In this document: positions 38,931-50,679 of the stretch, piece by piece
Numbering within the stretch: the stretch's first letter is position 1
How the letters are laid out: every line of letters begins with the position of its first letter
Assembly: GCA_026770705.1 (NCBI GenBank)
Contig: JANJGN010000011.1
Coordinates: forward strand, 113,336,001-113,400,000
From: Isurus oxyrinchus
Lineage: Eukaryota
DNA: 64,000 nucleotides
Reading direction: 5' to 3'
Program-made: the position numbers and the translations under genes
The notes under the pieces: generated by a model
What the model was told of the DNA's origin: nothing
Seen by the model: the letters and a program-made list of their open reading frames with translations, nothing else
Database searches by the model: none

Positions 38931-39056
38931 AAAGTAAGTCTCCTCACCTTACATCCTAAAACTTCAACCATGTTTCCATATTTAACATTTCAAACCTAGC
39001 TTCTTTTGTTGAGTCAAAGCCTCCAGACCAGCTATCTCCAATTCAATTAAATCCCA

Positions 39057-39058
<2 letters not shown>

Positions 39059-39114
<56 letters not shown>
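39059..39114. repeat. (AC)n microsatellite
   Basis: Perfect AC run. Confidence 0.97.
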
Positions 39115-39117
<3 letters not shown>

Positions 39118-39136
39118 CTACTACTAAGAGTGGCTG

Positions 39137-39366
39137 CTTGGCCTAAATAGCCAAGTGGTTATGGTACTGGGTTTGTAACACCAAGATCAAGAGTTCAAAT
39201 CTCACAATGGCAAACTATGAAACAATGTAACTTCATCTGAAACAGATGGAAACGGGTTTGTGCTCGAAAGAGTATCAAGAGTTCAAATCTCACAATGGCA
39301 AACTATGAAACAATGTAACTTCATCTGAATAGGAACAGATGGAAACGTGTTTGTACTCGAAAGAGT
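39137..39366 (+). mobile_element. tRNA-derived (Thr-TGT-like) SINE with internal tandem duplication and 15-bp TSD
   Basis: A box TAGCCAAGTGG, anticodon-like TTGTAA, B box GAGTTCAAATC; unit 39186-39273 repeated at 39274-39366; TACTAAGAGTGGCTG (39122-39136) / TACTAAAAGTGGCTG (39367-39381). Confidence 0.8.
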
Positions 39367-39512
39367 TACTAAAAGTGGCTGTTAACCCAATGTAGTTGTT
39401 AGGAGAGCAGTTGTTTTTTAAATGTCCTTTATTTATATCAGATTTTTTTAATATCATGAAGCCAAAAGAAAGACCAGGCTAAATCAGTGGTTCTATTCAG
39501 TTTCACCACATA

Positions 39513-40602
39513 AAAATGAAGAAGGAGGACATGTCAGAGGAACTGTTTTTGAAGGTAGCATCATCAGAACAGATGCGACGGGGATGAAGGAACTGAGAGA
39601 ATGGAATGGAGTCCTTACAGGAAGTGGGGTGTGAGGAGCTGTAGTCGACGTAGCTGTGGGAGTCGGTAGGCTTGTAATGGATATTGGTGGACAGTCTATC
39701 ACCAGTCTTTCACGCAAAAGATGCAGCACCTGCCCCTTCACTTCCTCTCTCCTCACCGTCCAAGGGCCCAAACACTCCTTTCAAGTGAAGCAGCATTTCA
39801 TTTGCATTTCCCCCAACTTAGTCTACTACATTCGTTGCTCCCAATGCGGTCTCCTCTACATTGGAGAGACCAAATGTAAACTGGGCGACCGCTTTGCAAA
39901 ACACCTGCGGTCTGTCCGCAAGAATGACCCAAACTTCCCTGTCGCTTGCCATTTTAACACTCCACCCTGCTCTCTTGCCCACATGTCTGTCCTTGGCTTG
40001 CTGCATTGTTCCAGTGAAGCCCAACGCAAACTGTAGGAACAGTACCTCATCTAGGCACTTTACAGCCTTCCGGACTGAATATTGAATTCAACAACTTTAG
40101 ATCTTGAACTCCATCCCCACCCCCTTTCTGTTTCTTACCCCTTCCTTTTGTTTTTTCCAATAATTTATATAGATTTTTCTTTTCCCACCTATTTCCATTA
40201 TTTTTAAATCTTTTATGCCCTGCTAGCCTTTTCACCCCACCCCCACTAGAGCTGTACCTTGAGTGCCCTACCATCCATTCTTAATTAGCACATTCATTTC
40301 GATAATATCAACACCTCTGTGTTCTTTTGTTCTTTTGTCTGTGACATCTTTTGATTATCTGCTCCTATCACTGCTTGCTTGTCCCTACAACCACCCCAGC
40401 CCCCCACAACTCCTCTCCTCCCACCCCTGCCACCTTAAACCAGCTTATATTTCACCCCTTTGCTAAGATTCACTCAGTTCTGCTAAGGACTCGAAACGTC
40501 AACTCTTTTCTTCTCCACCAATGATGCCAGACCTGCTGAGTTTTTCCAGGTAATTCTGTTTTTGTTTTGGATTTCCAGCATCCGCAGGTTTTTGTTTTTA
40601 TC
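39513..40602 (+). mobile_element. Neptune-type Penelope-like element, 5' truncated, with inverted RT segment (39513-39704 on - strand)
   Basis: ORF 39656-40036 RKRCSTC...NLVYYIRCSQCGLLYIGETK...RFAKHL...PVACHFN (GIY-YIG with Cys linker); inverted piece encodes KPTDSHSYVDYSSSHP...SIPFSQFL; terminal repeat with GAAACGTCAACTC at about 40493. Confidence 0.88.
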
Positions 40603-41439
40603 TCTTTGTAATAACCTTCCCTTGGTTACTTACGAAACCTTTGTAAGTTGTATACTCTTGTCACTTCTAAATTCCCCTTTGAACTTTAACAGCTGAAAAA
40701 GTCCCTACTTATGTCGTAAGGAAAATTTTTAAAACACATCCTATTTACTTCAAAATCCCACTTCACCATAGCCTCTAATTACAAACGCGTGCATCTAGCA
40801 TCTCTATCTTTCACCTCTTAGTTCCCGCAAAGAAGCTGTCTTTACTAACCTTCCCCCAGCTTGTTTAATCATGGACACATACATACATACACACAACCTC
40901 TTTACAGAATACCACCATATTCCCAAAACATTAAAAAAAAATCCATATTCATTTGAAATTATTTTTATCATGAGAATTAGCAAGAAAAATGTCTGTTTTA
41001 TTAGGAAATCAGTAGAATTTGTGATTGTTATACAACTGTATACCTGGTTATTGTTAAATAGTTGGTTATTATTCTTTGCCATAGCCTGATAGTATATACT
41101 GTCTAATCTACTTAGTATATACTGTCCAATCTACTTACCAAAGTGAATAGACCATGCAGTGGCACATGATATATCGTGGTAAGCTGGTCATCGTGCCAGG
41201 ACTATATGAAAACTTCTTGACTTCTAGGTCACGTTTCATTTACTTAGATAATGGGAAGGTAATGCTATACTCTAGTAGCTCTTGGTGCCTGGTTATGGAA
41301 GTTTCCGATGATGCTGAGTCCAAGAAAATATCTTGTGCATAAAAATCAAAGGAAAATTAAGACGATATTATTTGGAAATAATAGTAGAGTCATTGGACAC
41401 CAGTAAACCAGCTGTGTAAACTTACATGCATGATGTGAA

Positions 41440-41530
41440 TAAAGGCAAAATACTGGAAATCTGAAACAAAAACAAAAAATGCTGGTAAAACTCAGCAGAT
41501 CTGACAGCATCTGTGGCGAGAAAGACAGAA
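41440..41530 (-). mobile_element. PLE terminal-repeat fragment without ribozyme core
   Basis: AATGCTGGTAAAACTCAGCAGATCTGACAGCATCTGTGG is the reverse complement of the family tail. Confidence 0.7.
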
Positions 41531-41832
41531 ATGCATTATCTGAACGTGCCTAGAAAGAAAAGTTATTTTTAATATGTTTCAATTTTGCACTCATTTATAG
41601 CACTATAGCATTTATTGCTCTTTATACCACACAAAAAAAAAATGTAATCTTCTAGTTAACCAGCTGGGGATGCTGAATACCCATGCATTCTACTTTAGAC
41701 TAATAATGATACACTTGTACATTCAGAACTTGGTTGTATTATTTCACATTTTACGCTCTCCCTTCAGGGTAACTAATGACCTCACTTATTGTGTCTTGAA
41801 AGCTTTGGCGCAAATTACATTTGCCTAACAAA

Positions 41833-41935
41833 ATGAAAGATTTGCATTTATATCATGCCTTTCATGACCTCAGGACATCCCAAATTGCTTTACAGCCAAT
41901 AAAGTACTTTTGAATTGTAGATACTACTTGAATAG
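41833..41935 (-). mobile_element. SINE 3' tail (DeuSINE / L2-type)
   Basis: Reverse complement ...TGGGATGTCCTGAGGTCATGAAAGGCATGATATAAATGCAA resembles an L2-like tail. Confidence 0.55.
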
Positions 41936-42072
41936 GATTGTTAATCATTTTAACAGAGAACACAAGTTTCATTTTAATAGCCAGGCTGAGGTGTTGCCCA
42001 GCACCAAATGAGATAGTACTTAGGAGCAAAAACTCTAGTATTTGATTTAATAGTTCAAAATTGTAAGTATTA

Positions 42073-42167
42073 AAGCTACCCGTTGAAGGACTCGAAACGT
42101 CAACTCTTTTGTTCTCCGCCGATGCTACCAGACCTGCTGAGTTTTTCCAGGTAATTCTGTTTTTGTA
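42073..42167 (+). mobile_element. Short PLE terminal-repeat insertion with 13-bp imperfect TSD
   Basis: CCGTTGAAGGACTCGAAACGTCAACTC; flanks ATTGTAAGTATTA (42060-42072) / ATTGCAAATATTA (42167-42179). Confidence 0.75.
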
Positions 42168-42204
42168 TTGCAAATATTATTCCTACCAGCTATAGGAGAT
42201 TTGG

Positions 42205-42329
42205 ATTGGTTCAATGTTAGCATTCTGGGCTCTAGTTAGAAGGTTATGATCTCAAGCCACATTCCAGCATTTCAATACCTCTTCTCAGCTGACAATTCAG
42301 TGCAAAACATATGGAGCACTACAGCAACC
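42205..42329 (+). mobile_element. Decayed tRNA-derived DeuSINE-like element cut by the Gypsy insertion
   Basis: GTTAGCATTCTGGGCTCTAGTTAGAAGGTTATGATCTCAAGCC...GCTGACAATTCAGTGCA resembles 52857-52950. Confidence 0.45.
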
Positions 42330-45300
42330 TGTAAAACTCTGGATAAAACACTTGCGACTACATTCCAGATTGCTATTGTAACATCAACATTTATTCCTGT
42401 ACCCTGCACCTGTATATTGCACCTGCTGCAATTATGGCAATTTCAAATGCGTAATGCACTGCATCCCTCCCCTTGTTAAATGAGAGGCATTTCTTCTTTT
42501 CAAATTATCTTAAGAAGTTATAAATCCAGAAGAAAGTTTGATTATTTTTGAATCAATAAAATATTTCAACTTCCAGAACAGGCTGCCTGTTTCACAGTGT
42601 CAATGGTTTGTTTTCTAAAGTGTGAGCAATGTAAACAATAAACTTAAACATAACTTGAACATTCACCTTCACCAGTAATACTTGACCTTACTACGTCAAT
42701 GATCTTTTCCACCTCTTCCTTTTTTGAAAAATACTAATTTGAAGCCAGACACTATTAGGTATGCAAACATTACTTTTTGCATACAGTTATTTTTCTTTGC
42801 TCTGCTTAAATATAGCATGAAATTCACACATGCAAATACAACAAAAGAAAATATTAGCAATATTAAGCTTTTTCATGTGAGCATAATTTGATTTATCAAA
42901 TTGAGTTCATGAATTTTTTTGTGTTCTGTGCTTCATGTCCGGTTTGGTTATATGATTATTTAAGTATTTGAAGTTTAAAGCTAATCTGAGGGTGGTTTAA
43001 ATTTGCTTTGTAAACTTATAGTTTTACAATGCAGCCCTTTTGCATTAATTTAACAAAGCGCAGACTTTGAATTCAGTAATATGTAATGAGATGAAAGATA
43101 TGTTCAACTGAAAACATTTTACTCCATAAAATAATCCCTTAAGCTTGGAGCATATTTCCACTCGTGTAGAATACTGATGTATGACATTAGGTGTTGTCTC
43201 ATTTAACTCCTGTTCCTCATCTGAGATGTTGATATCTGAATCCTACTTAATGCTTGCGAATGGTGTTTTCAGTGCTCTGAAGAATGAAGCATTTTGTATG
43301 ATGATTTGTGACCCGTGCTTAGCAATGATCATTGATCCTTTTGTGTTGGCCGCAGCAAATGGCTGGATGTCATAGGGCGTTGTTTTCTTTCCAACGTGAC
43401 CATTATGTTTCACAAGCACTTTATGTTCTAGCTTTAGTGGCATAGCTCTGAATTTTATGTTGCGCTCTACATTTGCTTTCTTGTAGTCACAAGGATGTGC
43501 AAAGACAACTAACTGTAGACTTTCCAGTGGTTGAGTGAGGAGTCACTTTAATTATGAAGAAAGTGATACATCTGCTTCCACAACTTGTTCTCAGCTTAAA
43601 CTGTACATATCACTTTATCCTTGACTTCTCCATTAGCTCTTGGCCAATGGGATGTGATTATTTAGTGAGTGGAACCTGGGTTGTTCACGATTTTACTGAA
43701 CTCGTCACTGTTGAATGGGGGTCCATTTTTGCTTCTTACCATTTCCAAAGTGAAAATCTGATCAAGCTTTGGGATGAATGCTTTCACTCAGGTAGACGTA
43801 TCCTTCTATTTCTGGAATTCTGCTATGGTCATCAGTGACACCAGACAAGTGCTCGCCAATGGGCATGAAGTTAATGTGAACTTCAATCCATGGGCCTGTA
43901 GGTAGCTCAGGCATGTCAAGCAGATTGCGTAGGATTGATATTGTGGGTGCTTGACATGGCAAACACTGATTTTATGCTCCACTATGCAGTCAATTTTGGG
44001 GAACCGCACTTTTTGCTGAAGGATTTGCTTGGTTTTGACAATCCCTAGTAACTCTTGTGCTATTTCTATAATGACTGCAGAATGACAATGCTGTGTAACA
44101 AACAATCAGAAATGGTTGCAACTGCGAGCTCATTTTGAACATTGTGATAATCTTTTGCGTGAGTGATTTTTGTTTGTAGACACTCTCCCAGTCATATGTT
44201 TCCAGATTTATGATTCCATAGCTGTCATAATTATTTGCCATGCTTCATCTTGTTTTGTTGCCACTTCGATGTCAGTTAATTTTAGCAACTTTGACACAGG
44301 TTTATTTGTACATAGTAAAAATGTTTGGCAACTTTTTCTTCATGACTGGCAATGACTTCAAACTCACTTACATACAAATACAGATGAAAGCCCAAGATGT
44401 CATATGTGATTGAGCCTACTTCTCTCTATGAATAACGTTTATCTACAAGAGTTAGTAATCTGCTTGCCAGCATGACAATTGATCTGTATCATCTTTCTGC
44501 CAACTGGGCTTGCATCCTTGATTAGCTGGACGGTTTTCTCAGAGTTGAAGTAGGCACTTATGCAACTTGCTGACAACTGTTGTTTTATTTGGTGCACAGC
44601 CTGTGATTTAGACCGCTTCCACTCGGTCTCTCTTTTCAGATTGCTTGAGGGGGCAGAGTGCTTCGCAAGATCAGGAATGAAGTAACTGCAGTACATGATG
44701 GGCCCAAGCAGACTCCAGACTTGTACATTTGTAGGATGTGAAACATTTGCAATGGGTTCAACTTTCTGTGGGTCTGGTGGTCCTCCTTCACTGTTGAATA
44801 CATGATTGAAGCATTTGTTTCTGTTTTCATTGGACAGGCACTTGGTTTTGTAAGGCTAGATTCTATAAGACATTGTAGGCATGTCTCAAGTTCACTTTCA
44901 GTGTAGACTGTAGATGAGAATATCATCACTGATGTTCAGCATGCCCTTGAAGTGCAGACTGAATCATGTGCTGAATATGTCAGCTGTTGAGTTGACTCCA
45001 AAGTTGAGTCTCTTGTATCAAAAGAGCCCAATGTGAGTGGAGAATACTGTAAGATACCTCAGTTCTTCTGCAAGCTTAATTTGATGGTAGCCTGCATTGA
45101 GGTCATGTTTAGCACCATTCACTTGCTCTTTGATATTGTCAATTGTTGATGCTAAATGCCTTTCTTATATTGCTTTGTTTGGTGACCGTATACCAACGCA
45201 GATTCTGATCTTTGCCTCCACCTATCACTGGCCCTCTACCCAGCTCTACCTGTCCCACCCCCCTTGACCAGCTTATATGTCACCTCATTTCTTATTCTGA

Positions 45301-46198
45301 GTTCTGATGAAGAGTCATATGGACTTGAAACGTTAACTGTATTCCTCTCTGCAGATGCTGAGTTTTTCCAGATATTTTTGTTTTAGTTTCAGATTCTGAT
45401 CTTGTTCTCCCTCTTGGGTTTTTTGACCACTTGTATGGGTGAGTTCCAAGGGCTGGGCTTAACCTCAGCTTCCTCAAGTTTAAGTAAGCTGAAGTTGCTT
45501 TTCTATTTGTTTTCTGATATGAAACTGTGTTCATCTGAGCAGATGTGTGATTGGAGACACATTAGTGTCTACATTCAACTTGCACGTAATACCTTTCAGT
45601 TTGTTGATACCAGTGAAGCTTCTTGCTTGGTGCTTCAGTTGTTTTATATGCAGTATTGCATTCTTCTTGGATGTGAAATGAGTTGTCAGTGCCTCAGTTG
45701 TCTCAAAAATATTTTTCAATTCTTCACCTCCAAAGTGGAGAAGTACGGTCCTTTTTCTGTTGTATCAGTTGTTTCAAAAACTGTCATTGCGCATTTGGTT
45801 CATCGCAGCCACTTCTGCCAATGCATGCACATCAAAGTGCAATAGTTGGGCATAGCTATCGTCACCTTGATCATCAACGTAACAAAAGTGCATGATTAAG
45901 GATCCAGGATAATGTTCCTCGGGCACAATCACAAAAACGTCATCAAAACTGACAATTGTAAGAAGCAGGACAGCATGTTTGCTATGTATAGAAGAAATGC
46001 TTATTACACCGTCCAAAAGTACATTCTGTGGAATGCGACAATCTTTGCTGTCATTGTAAAACTCTTGGGTAAAACACTTGAGGCTACATTCTGGATTGCT
46101 GTTGTAACATTAACACTTTTTTCCTGTATCTTGCACCAGTACATTACACATGCTCCATCGAATAACTATGATGGTCTCAAATGAGTAAATTCACTACA
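42330..46198 (-). mobile_element. Decayed Ty3/Gypsy LTR retrotransposon with both LTRs, PPT, PBS-like site and 5-bp TSD
   Basis: LTRs 42330-42463 and 46055-46198 (TG...CA); TSD CAACC at 42325-42329 and 46199-46203; PPT (- strand AAGGGGAGGGA) 42464-42474; PBS-like TGACAGCAAAGAT next to the 5' LTR; pol remnants KIRICVG, DLNAGYHQIKL, DASPVG, KTKQILQQKVRFPKID, PTGPWIEVHINF. Confidence 0.88.
45213..45389 (+). mobile_element. PLE terminal repeat with near-intact hammerhead core, nested in the Gypsy RT, 14-bp TSD
   Basis: AGTT-CTGATGA(45304-45310)-AGAGTC-ATATG-GACTT-GAAACGTT-AACT; CAGATTCTGATCTT at 45199-45212 and 45390-45403. Confidence 0.85.
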
Positions 46199-46419
46199 CA
46201 ACCGTGGTGTTGTAGTTGACCCTGAGGTGAACTTCTGGCCACAGATCTGCTGCTTCACCAAGACTGCCTGTTTCAAACTTTGTAACATTGACTGCCCATC
46301 GATTGAAATCCCCATCCATTCCTTTGCTGAAATAGACAAATCTAGAGGTCGCACTCTCCAGGCCTTCCTCTTCCTTTGCGATCCCTGAAAAGTTGAGATT
46401 ATCCAAACCTCTGGTGCCG

Positions 46420-46770
46420 GTATCTTAATCCAGCAATGCCTGTTCATCCATTAACTCTGTGCTTGCTGACCTACATTGGCTCCTGATCCAGCCATGCCTC
46501 AGTATAATAATTCTTACCCTTATTTTCAAATCCCACCATGGCCTATCTCTGCAACCTCCTCTAGTCCTACAACCCTTATATCCCTGCGCTTTCCCAATTC
46601 CGACCTCTTGTGCATCCAGTTTTAATTGCCCCATTATTGGTGGCTCTATTCTCAGCTGCCTTGTCCTTAAGCATTAGAATTGGCTCCCTAAACCTCTCTG
46701 CCTGCCCATCTCTTTCTTCTTTTAAGAGACTCCTTAAAACCTACCTCTTTGACCAAGGTTTTGGTGGTCA
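46420..46770 (+). mobile_element. L2-clade LINE 3' coding remnant
   Basis: VLADLHWLL...ILTLIFKSHHGL; FKRLLKTYLFDQ near the end. Confidence 0.7.
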
Positions 46771-46787
46771 TCTTTAGTTGTCATAAC

Positions 46788-48005
46788 CTGATATCTCAGT
46801 CCTGAATGGCCTACACCTTATTCTGAGACTTTGTCCCCTGGTTCTAGACTCACCAGCCAGGGGAAACATCCATCCTACCTCGACCCTGTTGAGCCCTGGG
46901 AAGAAATTTGTATGCTTCAATGAGATCACCTCTTATTCTTCTGAAGCTTAGAGGCCCAGTCTTCTCAATCTCTCTTCATAGGACTATCCTGCCATTCAAA
47001 GAATCAGACCTTTGTTGCACTGCCTCTATGGCAAGTATATCCTCCTTAGGTAAGGAGGCCAAAACTGTAGATTATACTCCAGGTATGATCTCACCAAGGC
47101 TCTATACAGTTGCAGCAAGATTCTTTAGTTCTGTACTCAAATTCTCCTGTATTGCTTGCTGCATCTGCTCTCAGTGACTTATGAACAAGGAGATACAGGT
47201 CCCTTTGGCCGTCAACACTTCCTAATCTCTCTCTGTTTAAGGAGTACTCTGTATTTCTCGGTTTCCTACCATAGTGGATAACTTCGCATTTTCCAACATT
47301 GTATTCCATCTGCCATATTCTTTACCACTCATTTAGCCTGCCTAAATTCCCTTTAATCCTCTTTGCATCCTCCTCACAACTCACGTTCCTACCTAGTTTT
47401 GTCTCTCAACAAACATGGAAATATTACATTTGGTCCTCACGTCCAAATCATTGATACAGATTGTGAATGGCTGGGGCCCAAGCATTGAACCTTGTGGCAC
47501 CTTACTGCCTGCCAACCTTGGAATGACTCATTTATTGCTACTCTTTGCTTTCTGTCCTTTAATCAATCCTCAATCCATGCAAGCATATTACCCCCAATCC
47601 CATGTGTTCTAATTTTGCTTACTGACCTTTTGTGTGGGACGTTATCGAATGCCTTCTGAAAATCCAAATACACATCCACTGATTCTCCCTTATCTATTCT
47701 GCTAGTAACATCCTCAAGAAACTCCCATAGGTTTGTCAAACCTTATTTCCCTTCATAAACCCTTGTTGACTCTTGACTCGGAGGGTGCTGAATCTTTGGA
47801 ATTCTCTACCCCAGAGGGCTGTGGAGGTTCAGTTATTGAGTATATTCAAGACAGAGCTCAATAGATTTCTAGATGTTAAAGATATCAAGGGGTATGGGGA
47901 TAGTGCGGAAATATGGCTTTGAAGTAAAAGATCAGTCATGATCTAGTTGAATGGCGGAGCAAACTCAAGGGGCCAAATGGCCTACTCAGGCACCTGTTTC
48001 CTATC
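46788..48005. mobile_element. CR1 family A LINE with inverted 5' part (46788-47765 -) and forward 3' end (47772-48005 +)
   Basis: The - segment ends SLRIRCRPFRTEI; the + segment starts TRRVLNLWNSLPQRAVE and ends in the GGGCCAAATGGCCT tail. Confidence 0.8.
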
Positions 48006-48127
48006 TGACATAATGCCTCATATTGTGGCTCAGTTTCAAATGTTATTTTATTTGTGTTCATCCTTTGAGGTGAAAATGACCATGTCCATCGTTTGCAGTG
48101 TTTGGTTGGGTTCTAGTCGGTATGTAA

Positions 48128-48260
48128 AGCTGAAGAAGAGTCAAATGGACTTGAAGCGTTAACTCTGTTTTTCTCTCCACAAATGCAGTCAGACCTGAGT
48201 TTTTCCAATATTTTCTGTTTTTATTTCAGATTTCCAGTATCTGAAATATTTTTCTTTTAA
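48128..48260 (+). mobile_element. PLE terminal repeat with hammerhead motif
   Basis: CTGAAGA-AGAGTC-AAATG-GACTT-GAAGCGTTAACT. Confidence 0.75.
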
Positions 48261-48261
48261 T

Positions 48262-48565
48262 ATAGGGAAGTAGCCCTGCTAATGGAGAATCAGGAGCTAA
48301 CTTAAAAAGCGGGACCTTAAGGATACTAATGTTGAGATTATTATCCAAGCTATGTACTAATTGGCATAGGGACAAATGGATCAGCAATGTGCATATCTGG
48401 CTGAAGAATTGATCTCATAGATGGGTTCCATTTAATGGGATACTTGCAGCAGTCCTGGAACAGGAAAGACCCGTTCTGCTAGGATGGGCTGCATCTAAAT
48501 TGGGCTCAGACAAACGCCCTAGCTGAAATAATAAATAGTGGTGTAGAAAGGACTCTAAGTGAATA
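48262..48565 (+). mobile_element. Old CR1 ORF1 esterase remnant
   Basis: Similar to 35320-35600; DGLHLN motif at about 48483. Confidence 0.55.
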
Positions 48566-48609
48566 AAGGGGGATGGGGTGGGGGCATGCTGAAGCAGAAA
48601 TAATAATCA

Positions 48610-48740
48610 CAAAAGTAGAATAATGCAGATGCTGGAAATTAGTTGTTAAAAACAGAAAATGTTAGAAATACTCAGGCCAGGCAGTATCTGTATAGAGAAA
48701 CAGGGTTAACATTTCAGGCTGATGGCCCTTCATCAGAACT
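48610..48740 (-). mobile_element. PLE terminal repeat with hammerhead motif
   Basis: Reverse complement AGTT-CTGATGA-AGGGCCATCAGCCT-GAAATGTT-AACC. Confidence 0.75.
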
Positions 48741-50506
48741 AAATGTTATAGTACGCAGTTATCATATTACAAATTTGTAGAAAAGCTGGTTTGAAGGTCA
48801 GGTTTTGTAAACCTTGGGTTGAGTTTAAGACTGTTTCCAAAATGGACTCAAAGGGTCATTTGACCTTGGTCTTTGTCTAGAGCCATCTCAGATTGAGCAA
48901 CTTCTGAAGAGGTTGGCACTAGCACACGCCATTGGCAACTGGGAATGGACCAGGGGACTCGCCCTGATCCAAGGCATGCAAATTTGGGTTGGAATCCATT
49001 CAAAGAGGTATACATTTAAAATTCAATGAGTGTTCCAAAAGAGTAAAAGAAACTCTTGAATTGATGGCTTTTCCTCTAAACACACAGACAGTTATGAGCC
49101 ACTGTAAGATGTGAACAACCTTGACTTTTTTGATCACTACAGGCGGTAAGGAGACTTTGGATAACTATAATGAAATTACCACTTGTATTGTATGGTATTC
49201 TTGTACAGGCCACATGATAACGGTGGTGACTTTATCTTACCTGCGAAAAAGCATTGAAAAGGGAAGAAGTGGGCAGATCCACAGAGAATCATCTTGAAGA
49301 TGCTTCAATCCAGGGAGAAGCAGAGGCATCTAACATCAGCTACTGGTCTGCTGTAAAGTAACTAGGCAGCTAACAGTGCCATGTCTGCAGAACAGATGTA
49401 AGCAACCTTCTCTCCCTATAAACCTGATTCCACCTATGAAGCTCGCCTGTTAAAGTAACCTCTGGCAATTCGACAGTGGAAGCCATTGCAGCTGCTGAGG
49501 CAGTCCTACAACTTCAAAACCATTTCAGACAACACATCTTGACTTCAAACATATCAGACCTGCCCAAATATGGACTAAACTGATCCAAATTTTTTGTGTC
49601 CTTTTACCTTCATTTGTAATTAACTTTGTGTGTCTGTGTGTTATAACTTTATCTTTTCTTAAGTAACTTCCAGAGCAATAGAATGAAATAAGTAACCTTT
49701 TCGGTTTTTTTTAAGTAAAAAGGCTTTGCTACTGGGTTATTTTAAAATTTTTACTTCACAGATAAGAAAATACACACATTGTTCACGGCAACTTGGGGGA
49801 ACACCGTTTAAAGCACCCGAGACATCATAATTAACCTGAAAACAGCTTAAAGATAAGAAACAAAGGATATCAGCAAAGTACAGATCGATTAAGGTTCAGG
49901 GGAAAAAACACAGCAGAAATAACTGATCATTCCTGCAGTATTTTTTTAATGGACAAACAAGAAATGTGATATGCTTAAAAGGTGAGAGAAGGAACAGCAT
50001 CAGGATAGAAGGGCAGGATATAGTCTGTTATAGGGTTCTATACACAAATGTATGATGCATCAGGAGCAGAATAAGCAAATTAGGAGTGCAAAATGGATTG
50101 ATGCCAAGGTGAACACTGAGACCTGGCATGTCTGGAAGACATTCCAGTTTAAAAGGTCTTTAGAAAGGGTGGGGAAACTGAAAAAGTTGGAGTAGCAATA
50201 TTAATGATGGAAACAATTATAGCATTAGAAAGAGGGGATATTAATAAAGATGAGCAAGCAGGAGAACCTTTCTGGGTAGAATTGAGGATTAGTAAAAGAT
50301 GTGAGACTTTGGGAGTTGTCTACATGACTCCTGATAGCAAGAAAGTAGCAGACTGCATAAACGTGGAAATCAGAAAAGCCTGCTGTAAAAAATGGTTGTT
50401 GTAGAATTGTACAGCACAACAAAAGGCATTGGGCCTGTGTCAGCTCTTTGAAAGAGTTATCCAACAGTCTCCTTTCCAGTTGCTCTGAAATGTTTTCCTT
50501 TTTAAG

Positions 50507-50508
<2 letters not shown>

Positions 50509-50537
<29 letters not shown>
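50509..50537. repeat. (TA)n microsatellite
   Basis: TA run. Confidence 0.9.
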
Positions 50538-50679
50538 CAATTTCACTTTGGAAAGTTATGAATTAATCTGCTTCCACTATCCTTTCAAGTTATGCATTTC
50601 AGATCATTGTAACTTGTTGAGTTTGCAAAATATTTTTCCAACAAAAATGAGTGTGAATGAAGTTATAGGTAATTTTTAA

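Noticed and set aside
39140-39212. Functional tRNA-Thr gene
   Set aside because: Acceptor and anticodon stems pair poorly, no T-run terminator follows, and it sits within a TSD, so it is a SINE head.
39186-39366. CRISPR-like repeat array
   Set aside because: Two adjacent copies with no unique spacers, eukaryotic context, and no cas genes.
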